Assembly (NCBI GenBank): GCA_964429585.1
Contig: CAYSCN010000010.1
Span: 4,622 to 68,621 of the forward strand
DNA: 64,000 nt
Direction: 5' to 3'
Source: an uncultured bacterium
Lineage (GTDB): Bacteria; Desulfobacterota; Deferrimicrobia; J040
Of the stretch, positions 30,677 to 41,347 are shown piece by piece. The translations under genes and the position numbers were made by a program. Under the pieces are notes generated by a model. The model saw nothing but the letters and a program-made list of their open reading frames with translations. It was not told the origin of the DNA and did no database searches. Position 1 is the stretch's first letter; each line of letters opens with the position of its first letter.

Positions 30677-31338
30677 TGGATATTTTGAAATTTGCCAGGA
30701 AGAAAAAGGACGGTTTGGGGAATCGCATCCTCATTGCGAGTCTCGTAATTTTGATGTTCATAATATTCCTCATCGGACTCCACATAGGGAGAATCGTCGA
30801 AAAAAGTGCCGAGATGTCTTACCGGGCGCGCGTTGTCGCGAAGCCGAGCGATATCAGAGAAGAGGGGAGGAAAATCGAGGAAAAGTTGAATCAGTTTCAG
30901 GGAAAAGAGGCGACGCCCGGGACGCGGTCTGAGCTGCGGGTTGGCGAAACGAGAGAGGGTGAGGAAGTCGGGTCAGGGGCCTCAGTTTTTGAGAGGGATG
31001 AAACGAAGCGAGCTGAAGAGAGTCGGCATGGGCAGCGGGCAACCAGGAACCGGGTCTCGGAACGGTCTACGGCAGGTGGGGCTTCGGTTTCTGAAAAGAT
31101 GGGCGGATATTATCTGCAGGTTGGGGTTTTCGCAGTGAAGAGTAACGCTTTGGCGATGGAGAAGCGTGCGAAGAGTTTCGGTTTAGGGGTGAGGCTCGAG
31201 AAGATGAGGGATAAAAGGGGGAGAAAACTGACCAGGGTTCTCGTAGGTCCCTATCCCACCAGGGAAACCGCATCCCGGAACAGGGTGGAGGTGGCGCGTA
31301 AGCTGGGTGTCACAAGCCCTGTGATAGTCAAGAGGTGA
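30673..31338 (+). CDS. SPOR-domain (peptidoglycan-binding) membrane protein
   Basis: 221 aa; N-terminal TM; charged linker; C-terminal SPOR fold (YYLQVGVFAVKSNALAMEKRAK...RVLVGPYPTRETAS). Confidence 0.75.
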   Translation: MMDILKFARKKKDGLGNRILIASLVILMFIIFLIGLHIGRIVEKSAEMSYRARVVAKPSDIREEGRKIEEKLNQFQGKEATPGTRSELRVGETREGEEVGSGASVFERDETKRAEESRHGQRATRNRVSERSTAGGASVSEKMGGYYLQVGVFAVKSNALAMEKRAKSFGLGVRLEKMRDKRGRKLTRVLVGPYPTRETASRNRVEVARKLGVTSPVIVKR

Positions 31339-32828
31339 GAATGATCGATATCAACCCATCAAAGGAAGAGTTCTTTCGTCTTGCCGGTTCATTCAACATA
31401 GTTCCAGTGTACGGGGAGCTGTTGACCGATTGCGAAACTCCCGTTTCGGCTTTTTTCAAGCTCAGAGGTAGAAAAGGAAAACCCGCGTTTCTCCTCGAGA
31501 GCGTCGAGGGGGGTGAGAAATGGGGCAGATACAGTTTCCTTGGATTCGACCCGATCGCTGAGTTTTCTGCCTGGGAGAATAGAGTCGTAGTTCGCGTGGG
31601 AAGCGAGATTGTGGAGGAAAATGTGACGGATCCTCTCGTCTCGCTGAAGAAGTTCATGGAAGGATACAGATACAGTCTGCCCGGGGGGGTTCCCAGACTT
31701 TCTTGCGGCGCGGTCGGGTACATAGGCTACGACTACGTCCGTTTCGTGGAGAAAATCCCAACCATTGCCGAAAAAACTCACGAGTATCCGGATCTATTCT
31801 TCATGATCCCATCTCTTGTTGTGGTATTCGACAATTTGAGAAAAAAGACGGTGGTCATAGCCAATGTGCATGTGAGGGATGGTGAAGACCTCGACGTTCT
31901 CTACGAAGACGCCGCTTCGAAAATAGAATCGGTCGAGAGTCTGATGTTCGGTGAAGGTGGATATGTTCCTCCTCTGACTAAGATGAGAGATGATGAGCTC
32001 CATCTCTCACCGATGATATCAGAGGAGGATATGCGTGACGCCATCGAAAAGACGAGAGGATATATAAGGGATGGCGAGGCGATCCAGGTCGTGCTCTCCA
32101 ACAGGTTTTCCATGCCATATGAAGGCGATCCGTTCAATTCATACAGGGCACTTCGGATAATCAATCCTTCCCCGTATATGTTCTATTTCGAGACAGATAG
32201 CGTGTCCGTGGCCGGATCGTCTCCCGAAGTGCTCGTGAGGCTGGAGGGAGAAAACGTTATTTTGAGGCCGATTGCGGGAACCAGGCCCAGGGGGGGAGAT
32301 GAGGAGGAGGACCGGCTCCTGGAAAGCGATCTTCTGTCGGATCCGAAGGAGCTCGCGGAACATCTCATGCTGGTCGATCTTGGACGAAATGATCTGGGCA
32401 GGATATCGAGGCCAGGGAGCGTAAAGGTTTCCGAGTTCATGGTTATAGAGAGATACTCTCACGTTATGCACATAGTTTCCAATGTGGTTTCGAAAGTGAA
32501 AAAGGACTGTGATGCCTTCGACGTGGTCAGGGCGACGTTTCCGGCTGGTACGGTTACTGGGGCGCCGAAGGTTCGTGCCATGGAGATAATAGAGGAGTTC
32601 GAGCCGGAGAGGAGGGGAATCTACGCCGGCGCGGTGGGATACTTCGATTTCTCCGGCAATATGGACCTGTGCATCGCCATCAGGACGCTCGTATTCTCCA
32701 AAGATTTGGCAATTGCTCAGGCTGGGGCGGGGATCGTATACGATTCCGTTCCTGAAAGGGAGATAAAGGAAATAGAGAACAAAGCGCGCGCCCTCACGGA
32801 AGCTCTCAGGTGGGGGGAAAAGAAATGA
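31335..32828 (+). CDS. trpE: anthranilate synthase component I
   Basis: 497 aa; chorismate-binding family (GAVGYIGYDYVRF, LMLVDLGRNDLGR, GAPK). Confidence 0.9.
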   Translation: MRMIDINPSKEEFFRLAGSFNIVPVYGELLTDCETPVSAFFKLRGRKGKPAFLLESVEGGEKWGRYSFLGFDPIAEFSAWENRVVVRVGSEIVEENVTDPLVSLKKFMEGYRYSLPGGVPRLSCGAVGYIGYDYVRFVEKIPTIAEKTHEYPDLFFMIPSLVVVFDNLRKKTVVIANVHVRDGEDLDVLYEDAASKIESVESLMFGEGGYVPPLTKMRDDELHLSPMISEEDMRDAIEKTRGYIRDGEAIQVVLSNRFSMPYEGDPFNSYRALRIINPSPYMFYFETDSVSVAGSSPEVLVRLEGENVILRPIAGTRPRGGDEEEDRLLESDLLSDPKELAEHLMLVDLGRNDLGRISRPGSVKVSEFMVIERYSHVMHIVSNVVSKVKKDCDAFDVVRATFPAGTVTGAPKVRAMEIIEEFEPERRGIYAGAVGYFDFSGNMDLCIAIRTLVFSKDLAIAQAGAGIVYDSVPEREIKEIENKARALTEALRWGEKK

Positions 32829-34444
32829 TTGTAGTGATAGACAACTACGATTCTTTTACCTTCAACATCGTTCAGGCTCTTCAGGCGCTTGGAGCGCAGG
32901 TGGAGGTGTTTAGAAATGATCAGGTTTCTGTCGAGCAGGTTGAAGCGATGGAGCCTGATGGTATCGTCATTTCTCCCGGCCCTGGAGGTCCTGACAGGGC
33001 GGGAATAAGCGTCGAAGCTGTGAAGCGTTTTGCGGGAAAAGTTCCCATTCTGGGAGTTTGTCTCGGCCATCAGTGCATAGGATACGCTCTCGGAGCGAAA
33101 GTGGTTTCCGCCCGTAAAATAATGCACGGAAAGACTTCCCCGATACATCACGACGGGAGCGGCATTTTTGCGGGGATAGAGAATCCATTCAGAGCAACCA
33201 GATATCACTCGCTCGCGGTGATGTGGGATCGAATTCCCGAGGATGTCGAGGTTTGTGCGTGGACCGAGGACGGGGAGATAATGGGGATAAGGCACAGGAA
33301 ATATCCCCTTTACGGCGTCCAGTTTCACCCCGAGTCGGTGATGACCGATCACGGGGTCAGGCTATTCGAGAACTTCCTGAGCGTGGTGAAGGGGAGCCAG
33401 GGAATCGTCAGAGAGTTCGTGAATATCAAGGAACCGATTTCACTCGTTGTGTCGGGCGCCCATCTGACGGGTCCTCAAATGAGGGAGGCCATGGAAATGA
33501 TGATGTCCGGAGACGCGACTCCGGCTCAAATAGCCTCTTTTCTCACGGCCCTTTCCATGAAAGGTGAGACTCCGGAGGAGATTGCAGCTGCTGTTGGCGT
33601 TATGAGGGAGAAAGCGGTGAGAATCAGGTCGAATCATCCGGAGCTGCTCGATACGTGCGGCACGGGAGGAGACAGGAAGGGCACCTTCAACATATCCACT
33701 ACTGTGGCTTTCATAGCCGCAGGCGCCGGAGTTCCGGTGGCGAAGCATGGAAACAGGTCTGTCACGAGCAAGGCAGGCTCTGCGGATGTTCTTGAAGCTC
33801 TGGGTGCAGATCTCGATACACCCGTGGAGGTTGTCGAAAAATGCTTAAATGACGTCGGAGTGACGTTCATGTTCGCTCCAAAGTTCCACCTTGCCATGAA
33901 ATACGCCATAGGCCCGAGGAGGGAAATAGGTATAAAGACGATTTTCAATGTTCTGGGCCCGCTTTCCAATCCTGCAGGCGCAAACAGGCAGATCGTTGGG
34001 GTTTTCAGTGAGGAACTCGGGAGGGTCTACGCCAAGGTGTTGAAAGAGCTCGGGATGGCTAGGGGAGTGGTGGTCTACGGAGCTGACGGGCTCGACGAGG
34101 TGTCGCCGTCGGGGCCAACGCTGGTATGGGAAGTGGACGAGAAGGAGATCAGGGAATACGTTTTCGATCCCTTGGCTATCGGGTTGACGTATCATCCTCT
34201 GGATGAGATTCTGGGAGGCGACGCCAAGGTGAACGGAGAAATATTGCTTTCCGTTCTTTCCGGCGAGGAGAGCCCTTACCTGGATGCGGCGCTTCTCAAC
34301 GCGGCCTTTGCCATATATTGTGGTGGTGTTGCATCCGACGTGAAGGAGGGGTACGAACTGGCGAGGGAATCCGTTTTCTCGGGGAGAGCGAAGGAGAAGC
34401 TTGCAGGTTTTCTCGATTACTTCGGGGGTAAATCTGGAAATTGA
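32825..34444 (+). CDS. trpGD: bifunctional anthranilate synthase component II (GATase) / anthranilate phosphoribosyltransferase
   Basis: MIVVIDNYDSFTFNIVQ...GVCLGHQ...FHPES class-I GATase followed by the TrpD domain (CGTGGDRKGTFNIST, GNRSVTSKAGSADVLEALG). ATGA overlap with trpE. Confidence 0.9.
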   Translation: MIVVIDNYDSFTFNIVQALQALGAQVEVFRNDQVSVEQVEAMEPDGIVISPGPGGPDRAGISVEAVKRFAGKVPILGVCLGHQCIGYALGAKVVSARKIMHGKTSPIHHDGSGIFAGIENPFRATRYHSLAVMWDRIPEDVEVCAWTEDGEIMGIRHRKYPLYGVQFHPESVMTDHGVRLFENFLSVVKGSQGIVREFVNIKEPISLVVSGAHLTGPQMREAMEMMMSGDATPAQIASFLTALSMKGETPEEIAAAVGVMREKAVRIRSNHPELLDTCGTGGDRKGTFNISTTVAFIAAGAGVPVAKHGNRSVTSKAGSADVLEALGADLDTPVEVVEKCLNDVGVTFMFAPKFHLAMKYAIGPRREIGIKTIFNVLGPLSNPAGANRQIVGVFSEELGRVYAKVLKELGMARGVVVYGADGLDEVSPSGPTLVWEVDEKEIREYVFDPLAIGLTYHPLDEILGGDAKVNGEILLSVLSGEESPYLDAALLNAAFAIYCGGVASDVKEGYELARESVFSGRAKEKLAGFLDYFGGKSGN

Positions 34445-35211
34445 GTTTTCTCGATCGTATCATTTCCGAGAAAGAGAAAGAGTTGAAGAAGGTTGAAGAA
34501 TGGCTTCGTGAGAACTCTGGGGAGCGAAGTGTGCCCCCGCGGAAAGTCGATTTCAGGGACGGAGGACGGAAGATAATTGCTGAAATAAAAAGGCGGTCTC
34601 CTTCCAAGGGACCGTTGAGAGTTGATATAGTTGCGAGAGAACTCGCCCTGGAGTACGTGAGGGCGGGGGCAGCGGGAATATCAGTTTTGACGGACAGCAA
34701 GTTCTTCGGTGGGGACTTGAGTGACCTGATGGAAGTATCCCGGGTGACGGGGGAAGTTCCGGTATTGCGCAAGGATTTCGTAATAGACGAGCTGCAGGTT
34801 CTGGAGTCTTATCATGGTGGAGCCGACATGGTCCTCCTGATAGCGAGAGCGTTGACGGGAGAAAGTCTTTCACGGTTGATTCGCGCGTGTGAGGGGCTGG
34901 GGCTCACGCCGCTCGTGGAGATACACACTGAGGAGGAGCTCGAGGGCGCTTTGGAGAGCGGAGCTCGTCTCATAGGGGTGAACAACAGGGATCTGGACAC
35001 GTTTGTGGTGGATCTTGAGGTTTCCAGGAGGCTGATACCCAGGATTCCGGAAGAGTGTGTGAAGGTGGTGGAAAGCGGCATATCTGATCCGAATGTCATG
35101 TCCGAGCTGGAGGAACTTGGGGCGGATGCTTTTCTCATCGGTGAATCACTTGTAACCTCGCCTTCACCGGGGGAAAAATTGAAATTTCTGATTGAGTATA
35201 AAAGCCAGTAG
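34441..35211 (+). CDS. trpC: indole-3-glycerol phosphate synthase
   Basis: 256 aa; [30 protein letters not shown] motifs; TTG start overlapping the trpD stop. Confidence 0.85.
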   Translation: MSFLDRIISEKEKELKKVEEWLRENSGERSVPPRKVDFRDGGRKIIAEIKRRSPSKGPLRVDIVARELALEYVRAGAAGISVLTDSKFFGGDLSDLMEVSRVTGEVPVLRKDFVIDELQVLESYHGGADMVLLIARALTGESLSRLIRACEGLGLTPLVEIHTEEELEGALESGARLIGVNNRDLDTFVVDLEVSRRLIPRIPEECVKVVESGISDPNVMSELEELGADAFLIGESLVTSPSPGEKLKFLIEYKSQ

Positions 35212-35228
35212 AAAAAGGTAGAAAGGAG

Positions 35229-36590
35229 ATGAATATGGAGACGAAAATCGTCCTGAAGGATTCGGAGATTCCGAAGGTATGGTACAACATCATTCCAGAT
35301 CTGAAGAATCCTCCCGAGCCGGTTCTGCATCCGGCGACCAGAAAGCCCGTTACGCCGGATGATCTTTCCCCGCTTTTTCCGATGGCTCTCATCGAGCAGG
35401 AAGTGTCACAGGAAAGGTGGATTCCCATTCCTGAAGAGGTTCTGGAAATATATTCGCTATGGAGACCGACGCCTATGTTCAGGGCGAGGAGGCTGGAGAG
35501 GGAGCTGAACACGAAATCGAAGATTTACTATAAATACGAGGGTGTTTCCCCTGCGGGTTCTCACAAGCCCAACACTTCGATTCCTCAGGCATATTACAAC
35601 AAGCAGGCTGGTCGGAAGAGGATAGCCACGGAGACCGGTGCAGGGCAGTGGGGGTCAGCACTGGCTCTCGGCGCTTCGTTCTTCGGCCTGGAAGCTACCG
35701 TTTACATGGTCAAAGTGAGCTATCACCAGAAGCCTTACAGGAGAATTCTTATGGAAACCTGGGGGGCATCGGTCATTCCCAGCCCGAGCGACAGGACTCA
35801 GTCGGGGAGGAAAATACTCGAGGAGAACCCGGATTCTTTAGGCAGCCTGGGTATTGCCATAAGCGAGGCCGTCGAGGATGCGGTGACCAGGGAAGATACG
35901 TCGTATGCCCTTGGCTCGGTTCTGAATCACGTTCTCCTTCACCAGACCGTCATAGGGCTCGAGTGCAAGAAGCAGCTGGAAGAAGTCGGGGACTACCCGG
36001 ATATCGTGATTGGGTGCTGCGGCGGGGGGAGCAATCTCGCCGGGATTGCCTTCCCGTTTCTTTACGATGTGTTCTCGGGCGGCAAAGAGGTGAGAGTGAT
36101 AGCGGTTGAGCCCGCTGCCTGTCCGACTCTCACCAAGGGAGTTTACACTTACGATTTCGGTGATACAGCACAGCTCACTCCTCTGGTTAAGATGTATACG
36201 CTCGGGCACGATTTCGTTCCTTCGGGCATACACGCTGGTGGCCTCAGATATCACGGAGATGCGCCTCTCGTGAGCCAGCTCTACAGGGAAGGGTTCATCG
36301 AGGCCCAGGCGTATCATCAGACGGAGGTTTTCAGGAGTGCCCTTCTATTCGCCAGGTCGGAGGGGATACTTCCTGCACCCGAGTCGTCACACGCGGTCCA
36401 CTCGGCTATAGTCGAGGCGAAAAAAGCCGATGAGGAAGGGGTCGAGAAGACCATTCTGTTCAATCTGAGCGGGCACGGGTTTTTCGATCTGGCGGCATAC
36501 GACGATTATCTCTCCGGGAAACTGGTCGACTTCGAGTATCCGGAGGAGAAGGTGAAGGAGGCACTCGATAGGCTGCCCAAAGTCGAGTGA
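35229..36590 (+). CDS. trpB: TrpB2-type tryptophan synthase beta-chain paralogue
   Basis: 453 aa, longer than TrpB1, with the characteristic TrpB2 N-terminus (VWYNIIPDL...); PLP-lysine context ...GSHK...; GGGSN glycine loop. Confidence 0.8.
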   Translation: MNMETKIVLKDSEIPKVWYNIIPDLKNPPEPVLHPATRKPVTPDDLSPLFPMALIEQEVSQERWIPIPEEVLEIYSLWRPTPMFRARRLERELNTKSKIYYKYEGVSPAGSHKPNTSIPQAYYNKQAGRKRIATETGAGQWGSALALGASFFGLEATVYMVKVSYHQKPYRRILMETWGASVIPSPSDRTQSGRKILEENPDSLGSLGIAISEAVEDAVTREDTSYALGSVLNHVLLHQTVIGLECKKQLEEVGDYPDIVIGCCGGGSNLAGIAFPFLYDVFSGGKEVRVIAVEPAACPTLTKGVYTYDFGDTAQLTPLVKMYTLGHDFVPSGIHAGGLRYHGDAPLVSQLYREGFIEAQAYHQTEVFRSALLFARSEGILPAPESSHAVHSAIVEAKKADEEGVEKTILFNLSGHGFFDLAAYDDYLSGKLVDFEYPEEKVKEALDRLPKVE

Positions 36591-36599
36591 GTCTGGAGC

Positions 36600-37226
36600 A
36601 TGTTTCGGGTCAAGATATGCGGAATAACGAACGCTTACGACCTCAGGATGGTCGAAGAGTCGGGTGCGGATGCCGCGGGTTTCGTTTTTTTCCGAAGAAG
36701 CAAACGTTACGTGGATTTCGAGCAGTGTGCCGAGATGGTTAAAGCCGAGACTCCGTCGGTATTACTTGTGGGAGTTTTCGTGAACGAGGACCCGGCGGTG
36801 ATAAATCGCATCGCCGGACTGGTGGGGCTCGGTTGTGTCCAGCTTTCTGGTGATGAGGATGAGAGATGCGTGAAGGAGATAGACGTTCCCGTCATCAAAG
36901 TCATCCGGCCCAGTTCGGCCGACGACGTGAAGAAAGGCGAACAGTTTCCCTCTGAGTACATAATGTTCGATTCCCCGCTTCCCGGGTCGTTTGGTGGGAC
37001 CGGCAGGCAGTTCGATTATTCTCTGATACTCGAGGCTGGCATCAAAAGGAAATTTCTCCTCGCCGGAGGGCTGACACCGGACAATGTGATGGATGTCGTG
37101 TCGCGCGTTGGACCTGTGGGCGTAGATGTTTCCACCGGCGTTGAAATGTTTCCCGGTAAAAAGGACCCGAGAAAAGTGAGGGAGTTCGTGACGCGGGCGC
37201 TGGAGGCTTTGTCCAACGATGGGTAA
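36600..37226 (+). CDS. trpF: phosphoribosylanthranilate isomerase
   Basis: 208 aa; [18 protein letters not shown], typical TrpF TIM barrel. Confidence 0.85.
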   Translation: MFRVKICGITNAYDLRMVEESGADAAGFVFFRRSKRYVDFEQCAEMVKAETPSVLLVGVFVNEDPAVINRIAGLVGLGCVQLSGDEDERCVKEIDVPVIKVIRPSSADDVKKGEQFPSEYIMFDSPLPGSFGGTGRQFDYSLILEAGIKRKFLLAGGLTPDNVMDVVSRVGPVGVDVSTGVEMFPGKKDPRKVREFVTRALEALSNDG

Positions 37227-38427
37227 ATTCAAGAGGTCGAGACCGGACGGAAGAGGATACTTCGGTTCTTTCGGTGGGAGGTATGTTGCGGAGACGCTCA
37301 TGCCTGCCCTGCTGGAACTCGAGAGCGCTTTCGTGGACGCCATAAAAGACAGGGAGTTCAAAGCTGAACTTAAAGAAATGCTCGGGGCGTACGCGGGTAG
37401 GCCTACTCCTCTTTATTTTGCGGAAAATCTCACCAGGTTCGTCGGTGGAGCGAAAATATATCTGAAAAGGGAGGATCTGTGCCATACGGGAGCGCACAAG
37501 ATAAACAACACGATTGGACAGGGATTGCTTGCCCGACGCATGGGAAAGAGAAGGATAATTGCCGAAACGGGTGCAGGCCAGCATGGCGTGGCGACTGCTA
37601 CGATTTGTGCCCGGCTGGGATTGGAATGCGAGATATACATGGGCGAAGAGGATATGAAGAGACAGGAGATAAACGTGTTTCGAATGGAGCTCCTCGGTGC
37701 GAAGGTGATACCCGTCAAGTCGGGTTCCCGGACCCTGAAGGACGCGATGAACGAGGCGATAAGGGACTGGGTGTCCAATGTGAAGACTACTCATTACATG
37801 ATAGGATCGACTGCTGGGCCTCACCCGTATCCGTGGATGGTGAGATATTTTCAGTCTGTCATCGGAAGAGAGACCAGAAGACAGATTCTGAAGCTCGAGG
37901 GGCGCCTTCCCGATGCTCTGGTGGCGTGCGTGGGGGGCGGAAGCAACTCCCTGGGATTTTTCTACGAGTTTCTCGAGGATGGGGAGGTTTCTCTTTTCGG
38001 AGTCGAGGCAGGTGGGTTGGGAATCAGAAGCGGCAAGCACGCGTCGACTCTTACCGCGGGTAAAGTCGGCGTTCTCCATGGAAGCAGGTCATACGTGATA
38101 ATGACACCCGACGGGCAGGTGAAGGAAGTGCACTCGATATCTGCGGGACTGGACTACCCTGGTGTTGGGCCGGAGCATGCCTACCTGAAAGAGACGGGGA
38201 GAGTCACGTATACTTATGTGACGGACAGGGAAGCGCTCTGGGGTTTCACGATTCTCACGGAGAAGGAAGGAATAATGCCGGCACTGGAATCCGCCCACGC
38301 TGTGGCTTTTGGAATGGGGCTCGCGAAGAAGCTTGGGCAGGGAAAGATGGTGATCATCAATCTGTCCGGTAGGGGTGACAAGGACATAGATACGGTGAGG
38401 AAACGGTTTGAAGGAAAAAAGGATTGA
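37219..38427 (+). CDS. trpB: tryptophan synthase beta chain (TrpB1)
   Basis: 402 aa; [21 protein letters not shown] (PLP Lys), GGGSNSLG. Confidence 0.9.
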   Translation: MGKFKRSRPDGRGYFGSFGGRYVAETLMPALLELESAFVDAIKDREFKAELKEMLGAYAGRPTPLYFAENLTRFVGGAKIYLKREDLCHTGAHKINNTIGQGLLARRMGKRRIIAETGAGQHGVATATICARLGLECEIYMGEEDMKRQEINVFRMELLGAKVIPVKSGSRTLKDAMNEAIRDWVSNVKTTHYMIGSTAGPHPYPWMVRYFQSVIGRETRRQILKLEGRLPDALVACVGGGSNSLGFFYEFLEDGEVSLFGVEAGGLGIRSGKHASTLTAGKVGVLHGSRSYVIMTPDGQVKEVHSISAGLDYPGVGPEHAYLKETGRVTYTYVTDREALWGFTILTEKEGIMPALESAHAVAFGMGLAKKLGQGKMVIINLSGRGDKDIDTVRKRFEGKKD

Positions 38428-39223
38428 AAAAAAATTTTCAGAGTTGAGGGCATCCGGGGAAAAAGCGCTGGTTCTCTACCTGACAGCGGGGGATCCCGAT
38501 TTTGAAACGTCCCTGGAACTTCTGGCGTGTGCTGCGTCCTCCGGGGTGGATATCCTGGAAGTTGGAGTTCCTTTTTCCGATCCGATGGCGGACGGACCGG
38601 TGATTCAGAGGGCGTTCCAGCGCTCCCTGGGTAACGGTTTCCGCACGTCTCATGTCTTCCGGTTGATCAGGGAATTTCGAAAATACTTTTCCACCCCCGT
38701 TGTGATTTTCGGATATCTCAATCCGATACTTGCGTATGGGGTGGAGAAGTTTTTTGATGAGGCTGGCCGTGCAGGAGCCGATGGGGTGTTGCTGGTTGAT
38801 CTTCCATTCGAGGAGTGGGAGCCGTATAAAAAAATGGCTTGCTCGAGCGGGCTCGACTGGATAGGACTCGTTGCACCAACCTCCGGGGATGAAAGAATAT
38901 CGAAGATAGCACGCGGGTCGAGCGGATTCGTTTACGTGATATCGGTTACCGGGATTACCGGAGCCAGAAATGCGTTGCCCGGGGAGTATATAGGTGTGGT
39001 GAAAAAGGTGAGAGGCGAGGTGACGACGCCGGTTGTAGTGGGGTTCGGAATTTCCTCGCCCGAGATGGCAAGGGAAGTCGCTTCTCACTGCGACGGAGTT
39101 GTGGTGGGGAGCGCAGCCGTGAGAATAATAGAAAGGTGGGAATGGAAGAGAGAGAAGATGATAAAAGAACTTTCTTCCTTCGTTGAAAACGTGAAGATGG
39201 GGTTGACAGATGGCGTTTTTTAA
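38408..39223 (+). CDS. trpA: tryptophan synthase alpha chain
   Basis: 271 aa; [30 protein letters not shown] canonical TrpA. Confidence 0.9.
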   Translation: MKEKRIEKKFSELRASGEKALVLYLTAGDPDFETSLELLACAASSGVDILEVGVPFSDPMADGPVIQRAFQRSLGNGFRTSHVFRLIREFRKYFSTPVVIFGYLNPILAYGVEKFFDEAGRAGADGVLLVDLPFEEWEPYKKMACSSGLDWIGLVAPTSGDERISKIARGSSGFVYVISVTGITGARNALPGEYIGVVKKVRGEVTTPVVVGFGISSPEMAREVASHCDGVVVGSAAVRIIERWEWKREKMIKELSSFVENVKMGLTDGVF

Positions 39224-40085
39224 AAAGAAGAAGAGTTCGAAGAAAGCAGAGAAGAAGGTGACTGTTCCGGAGAATCTCTGGATAAAGTGTGACAATTGCA
39301 AGGAGATCATCTACAGGAGAGAGGTAGAGAGGAATCTCAAGGTCTGCCCCAAGTGCAGGTATCATTTCAGAATATCGGTGGATGAGAGAATCGACAGCCT
39401 GATCGACGAAGGGACTTTCCAGGAATTTGCCGCCGATCTCGAATCCGTCGATATCCTTGGATTCGTGGATACCAAGAGGTATGTGGACAGGCTGAAGGAG
39501 GCGAAAAAAAGGAGCGGGAGGAACGAGGCGGTTGTCACCGGAGTTGGGAAACTCAACGGGATAGAGGTCGTCATAGCCGTTTTCGATTTTACTTTTCTCG
39601 GCGGGTCCATGGGGTGCGTGGTTGGAGAGAAGGTGACTCTTGCGATAGAGGAAGCTACGAAAAGAGAGATACCGCTTTTAATCGTGAGCGCTTCCGGCGG
39701 TGCCAGGATGCAGGAGGGAACTCTTTCACTGATGCAGATGGCGAAAACTTCCGCTGCCATGAAGAGGTTCCACGAGAAGGGATTGCCGTATATAAGCATA
39801 TTGACCGACCCGACCACAGGAGGAGTGGCGGCGAGCTTCGCCATGCAGGGAGATGTGATCATTTCTGAGCCGGGTGCGCTGATAGGTTTCGCCGGACCGA
39901 GGGTCATCGAGCAGACAATAATGCAGAAGCTCCCCGAAGGATTTCAGAGGGCCGAATTTCTTCTCGAGCACGGGATGATAGACATGATAGTTCCACGTAC
40001 CGAAATGAAGGAGGTCGTGCACAGGCTGCTTCAATACATGATTTCTAACAGGACGGGGAAGAGAAAATCGGGTAAAAACCAGTAA
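39210..40085 (+). CDS. accD: acetyl-CoA carboxylase carboxyltransferase beta subunit
   Basis: 291 aa; N-terminal C4 zinc finger [11 protein letters not shown]...CPKCRYH; carboxyltransferase fold. Confidence 0.85.
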   Translation: MAFFKKKKSSKKAEKKVTVPENLWIKCDNCKEIIYRREVERNLKVCPKCRYHFRISVDERIDSLIDEGTFQEFAADLESVDILGFVDTKRYVDRLKEAKKRSGRNEAVVTGVGKLNGIEVVIAVFDFTFLGGSMGCVVGEKVTLAIEEATKREIPLLIVSASGGARMQEGTLSLMQMAKTSAAMKRFHEKGLPYISILTDPTTGGVAASFAMQGDVIISEPGALIGFAGPRVIEQTIMQKLPEGFQRAEFLLEHGMIDMIVPRTEMKEVVHRLLQYMISNRTGKRKSGKNQ

Positions 40086-41347
40086 TGTCCGACTCGCGCG
40101 GAGCAATCAAACTCGGTCTCGGCAGAACGAGAAAGCTGCTTTCATTTCTGGGGAATCCAGAGAAAAGATTCAGGTCTATTCAGATTACCGGGACAAACGG
40201 TAAAGGGTCTACAGCAATTTTTCTCCATAATTTGCTCACCGACCTGGGTTTCAGGGTGGGAGTCTACACTTCTCCCCATATAGTCGATCCCGAGGAGAGG
40301 GTCAGAGTGGGAGGAGAGCTCTTCCGGGGTGATCTTCTCAAAGAGATCGAAGCATTGAGGAAGGCTTTTTTGAGGAGGTACCCATCCAGCCGGTTCGATG
40401 AACCTACTTTCTTCGAGCTCGTTACGGCGGTTTGCTTATCATATTTCAGAGAGAGTCGGGTGGACTTCGCGGTCCTTGAGACAGGCCTCGGAGGGCGCCT
40501 GGATGCCGTGACTGCTGCAGGCGCGGAAGTGGTGGTGTGCACGTCGATTTCTCTGGATCACCAGGAATATCTCGGAAACAGCCTGGAAGAGGTTCTGATG
40601 GAGAAGATCCATCCATTCAGGGGTGGATTTTTGGTTCTGGGAAGGATCCCCGATCTCTTTTGGAGCCTGGTTTGGATCAGGGCGAGAGTTCGCGGTGGAA
40701 AAGTCATTTCGAAGAACAGGGATTTTTTCTTTTTCGAGAGCGGGGAGGGTAGGCTGAATTTCGTGTCCAGGAGGTGTGTCTTCGGGATTACTCTCTCTGT
40801 GGGGGGGAGGTTTCAGCACGAGAATTGCTCGCTGGCTCTTGCAGGGCTCGAGGCTTTGTTGGGATGTTACGGGATGGAGGTTGAAAAATGGAAGGTTTCC
40901 ACGATTCGAAAAGCGTTGAGGCGAACGAAGATACCCGGAAGAATGGAGCTCGTGGAGACGAGTCCTCGTGTTTACCTCGACGTTGGGCATAATGTAGAAG
41001 CGTCTGAAACGATATCTTCTGAGGTATTCGGCGGTAAGAGGAGAGATGAGAGTGTTCTTTTGTTCACTCTTCCTGACAACAGGGACCTGGTCTGTTTTTT
41101 GATGCCCTTTGCCGGGTATGCCGGAGAAGTGATATATGTCGCGCTCGGAGAGGGGTTTCACACGGTTGAGAGTGCCAGGTTCGCATCCTATCGACTGGGT
41201 GTTAAACTGCGTGTTGTGACTTCGTTCGAGCACGGTCTTAGGCTTGCGAGAGACCGGGCGGGAGAAAGCGGTGTGGTTCTCGTGACCGGGTCGTATCACA
41301 TCGTTGAGAGGTATTACAGACTTGTGGGGAAAAAACCTGTATTTTAA
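40085..41347 (+). CDS. folC: bifunctional folylpolyglutamate synthase / dihydrofolate synthase
   Basis: 420 aa; ITGTNGKGST P-loop of the Mur-ligase family. Confidence 0.8.
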   Translation: MSDSRGAIKLGLGRTRKLLSFLGNPEKRFRSIQITGTNGKGSTAIFLHNLLTDLGFRVGVYTSPHIVDPEERVRVGGELFRGDLLKEIEALRKAFLRRYPSSRFDEPTFFELVTAVCLSYFRESRVDFAVLETGLGGRLDAVTAAGAEVVVCTSISLDHQEYLGNSLEEVLMEKIHPFRGGFLVLGRIPDLFWSLVWIRARVRGGKVISKNRDFFFFESGEGRLNFVSRRCVFGITLSVGGRFQHENCSLALAGLEALLGCYGMEVEKWKVSTIRKALRRTKIPGRMELVETSPRVYLDVGHNVEASETISSEVFGGKRRDESVLLFTLPDNRDLVCFLMPFAGYAGEVIYVALGEGFHTVESARFASYRLGVKLRVVTSFEHGLRLARDRAGESGVVLVTGSYHIVERYYRLVGKKPVF

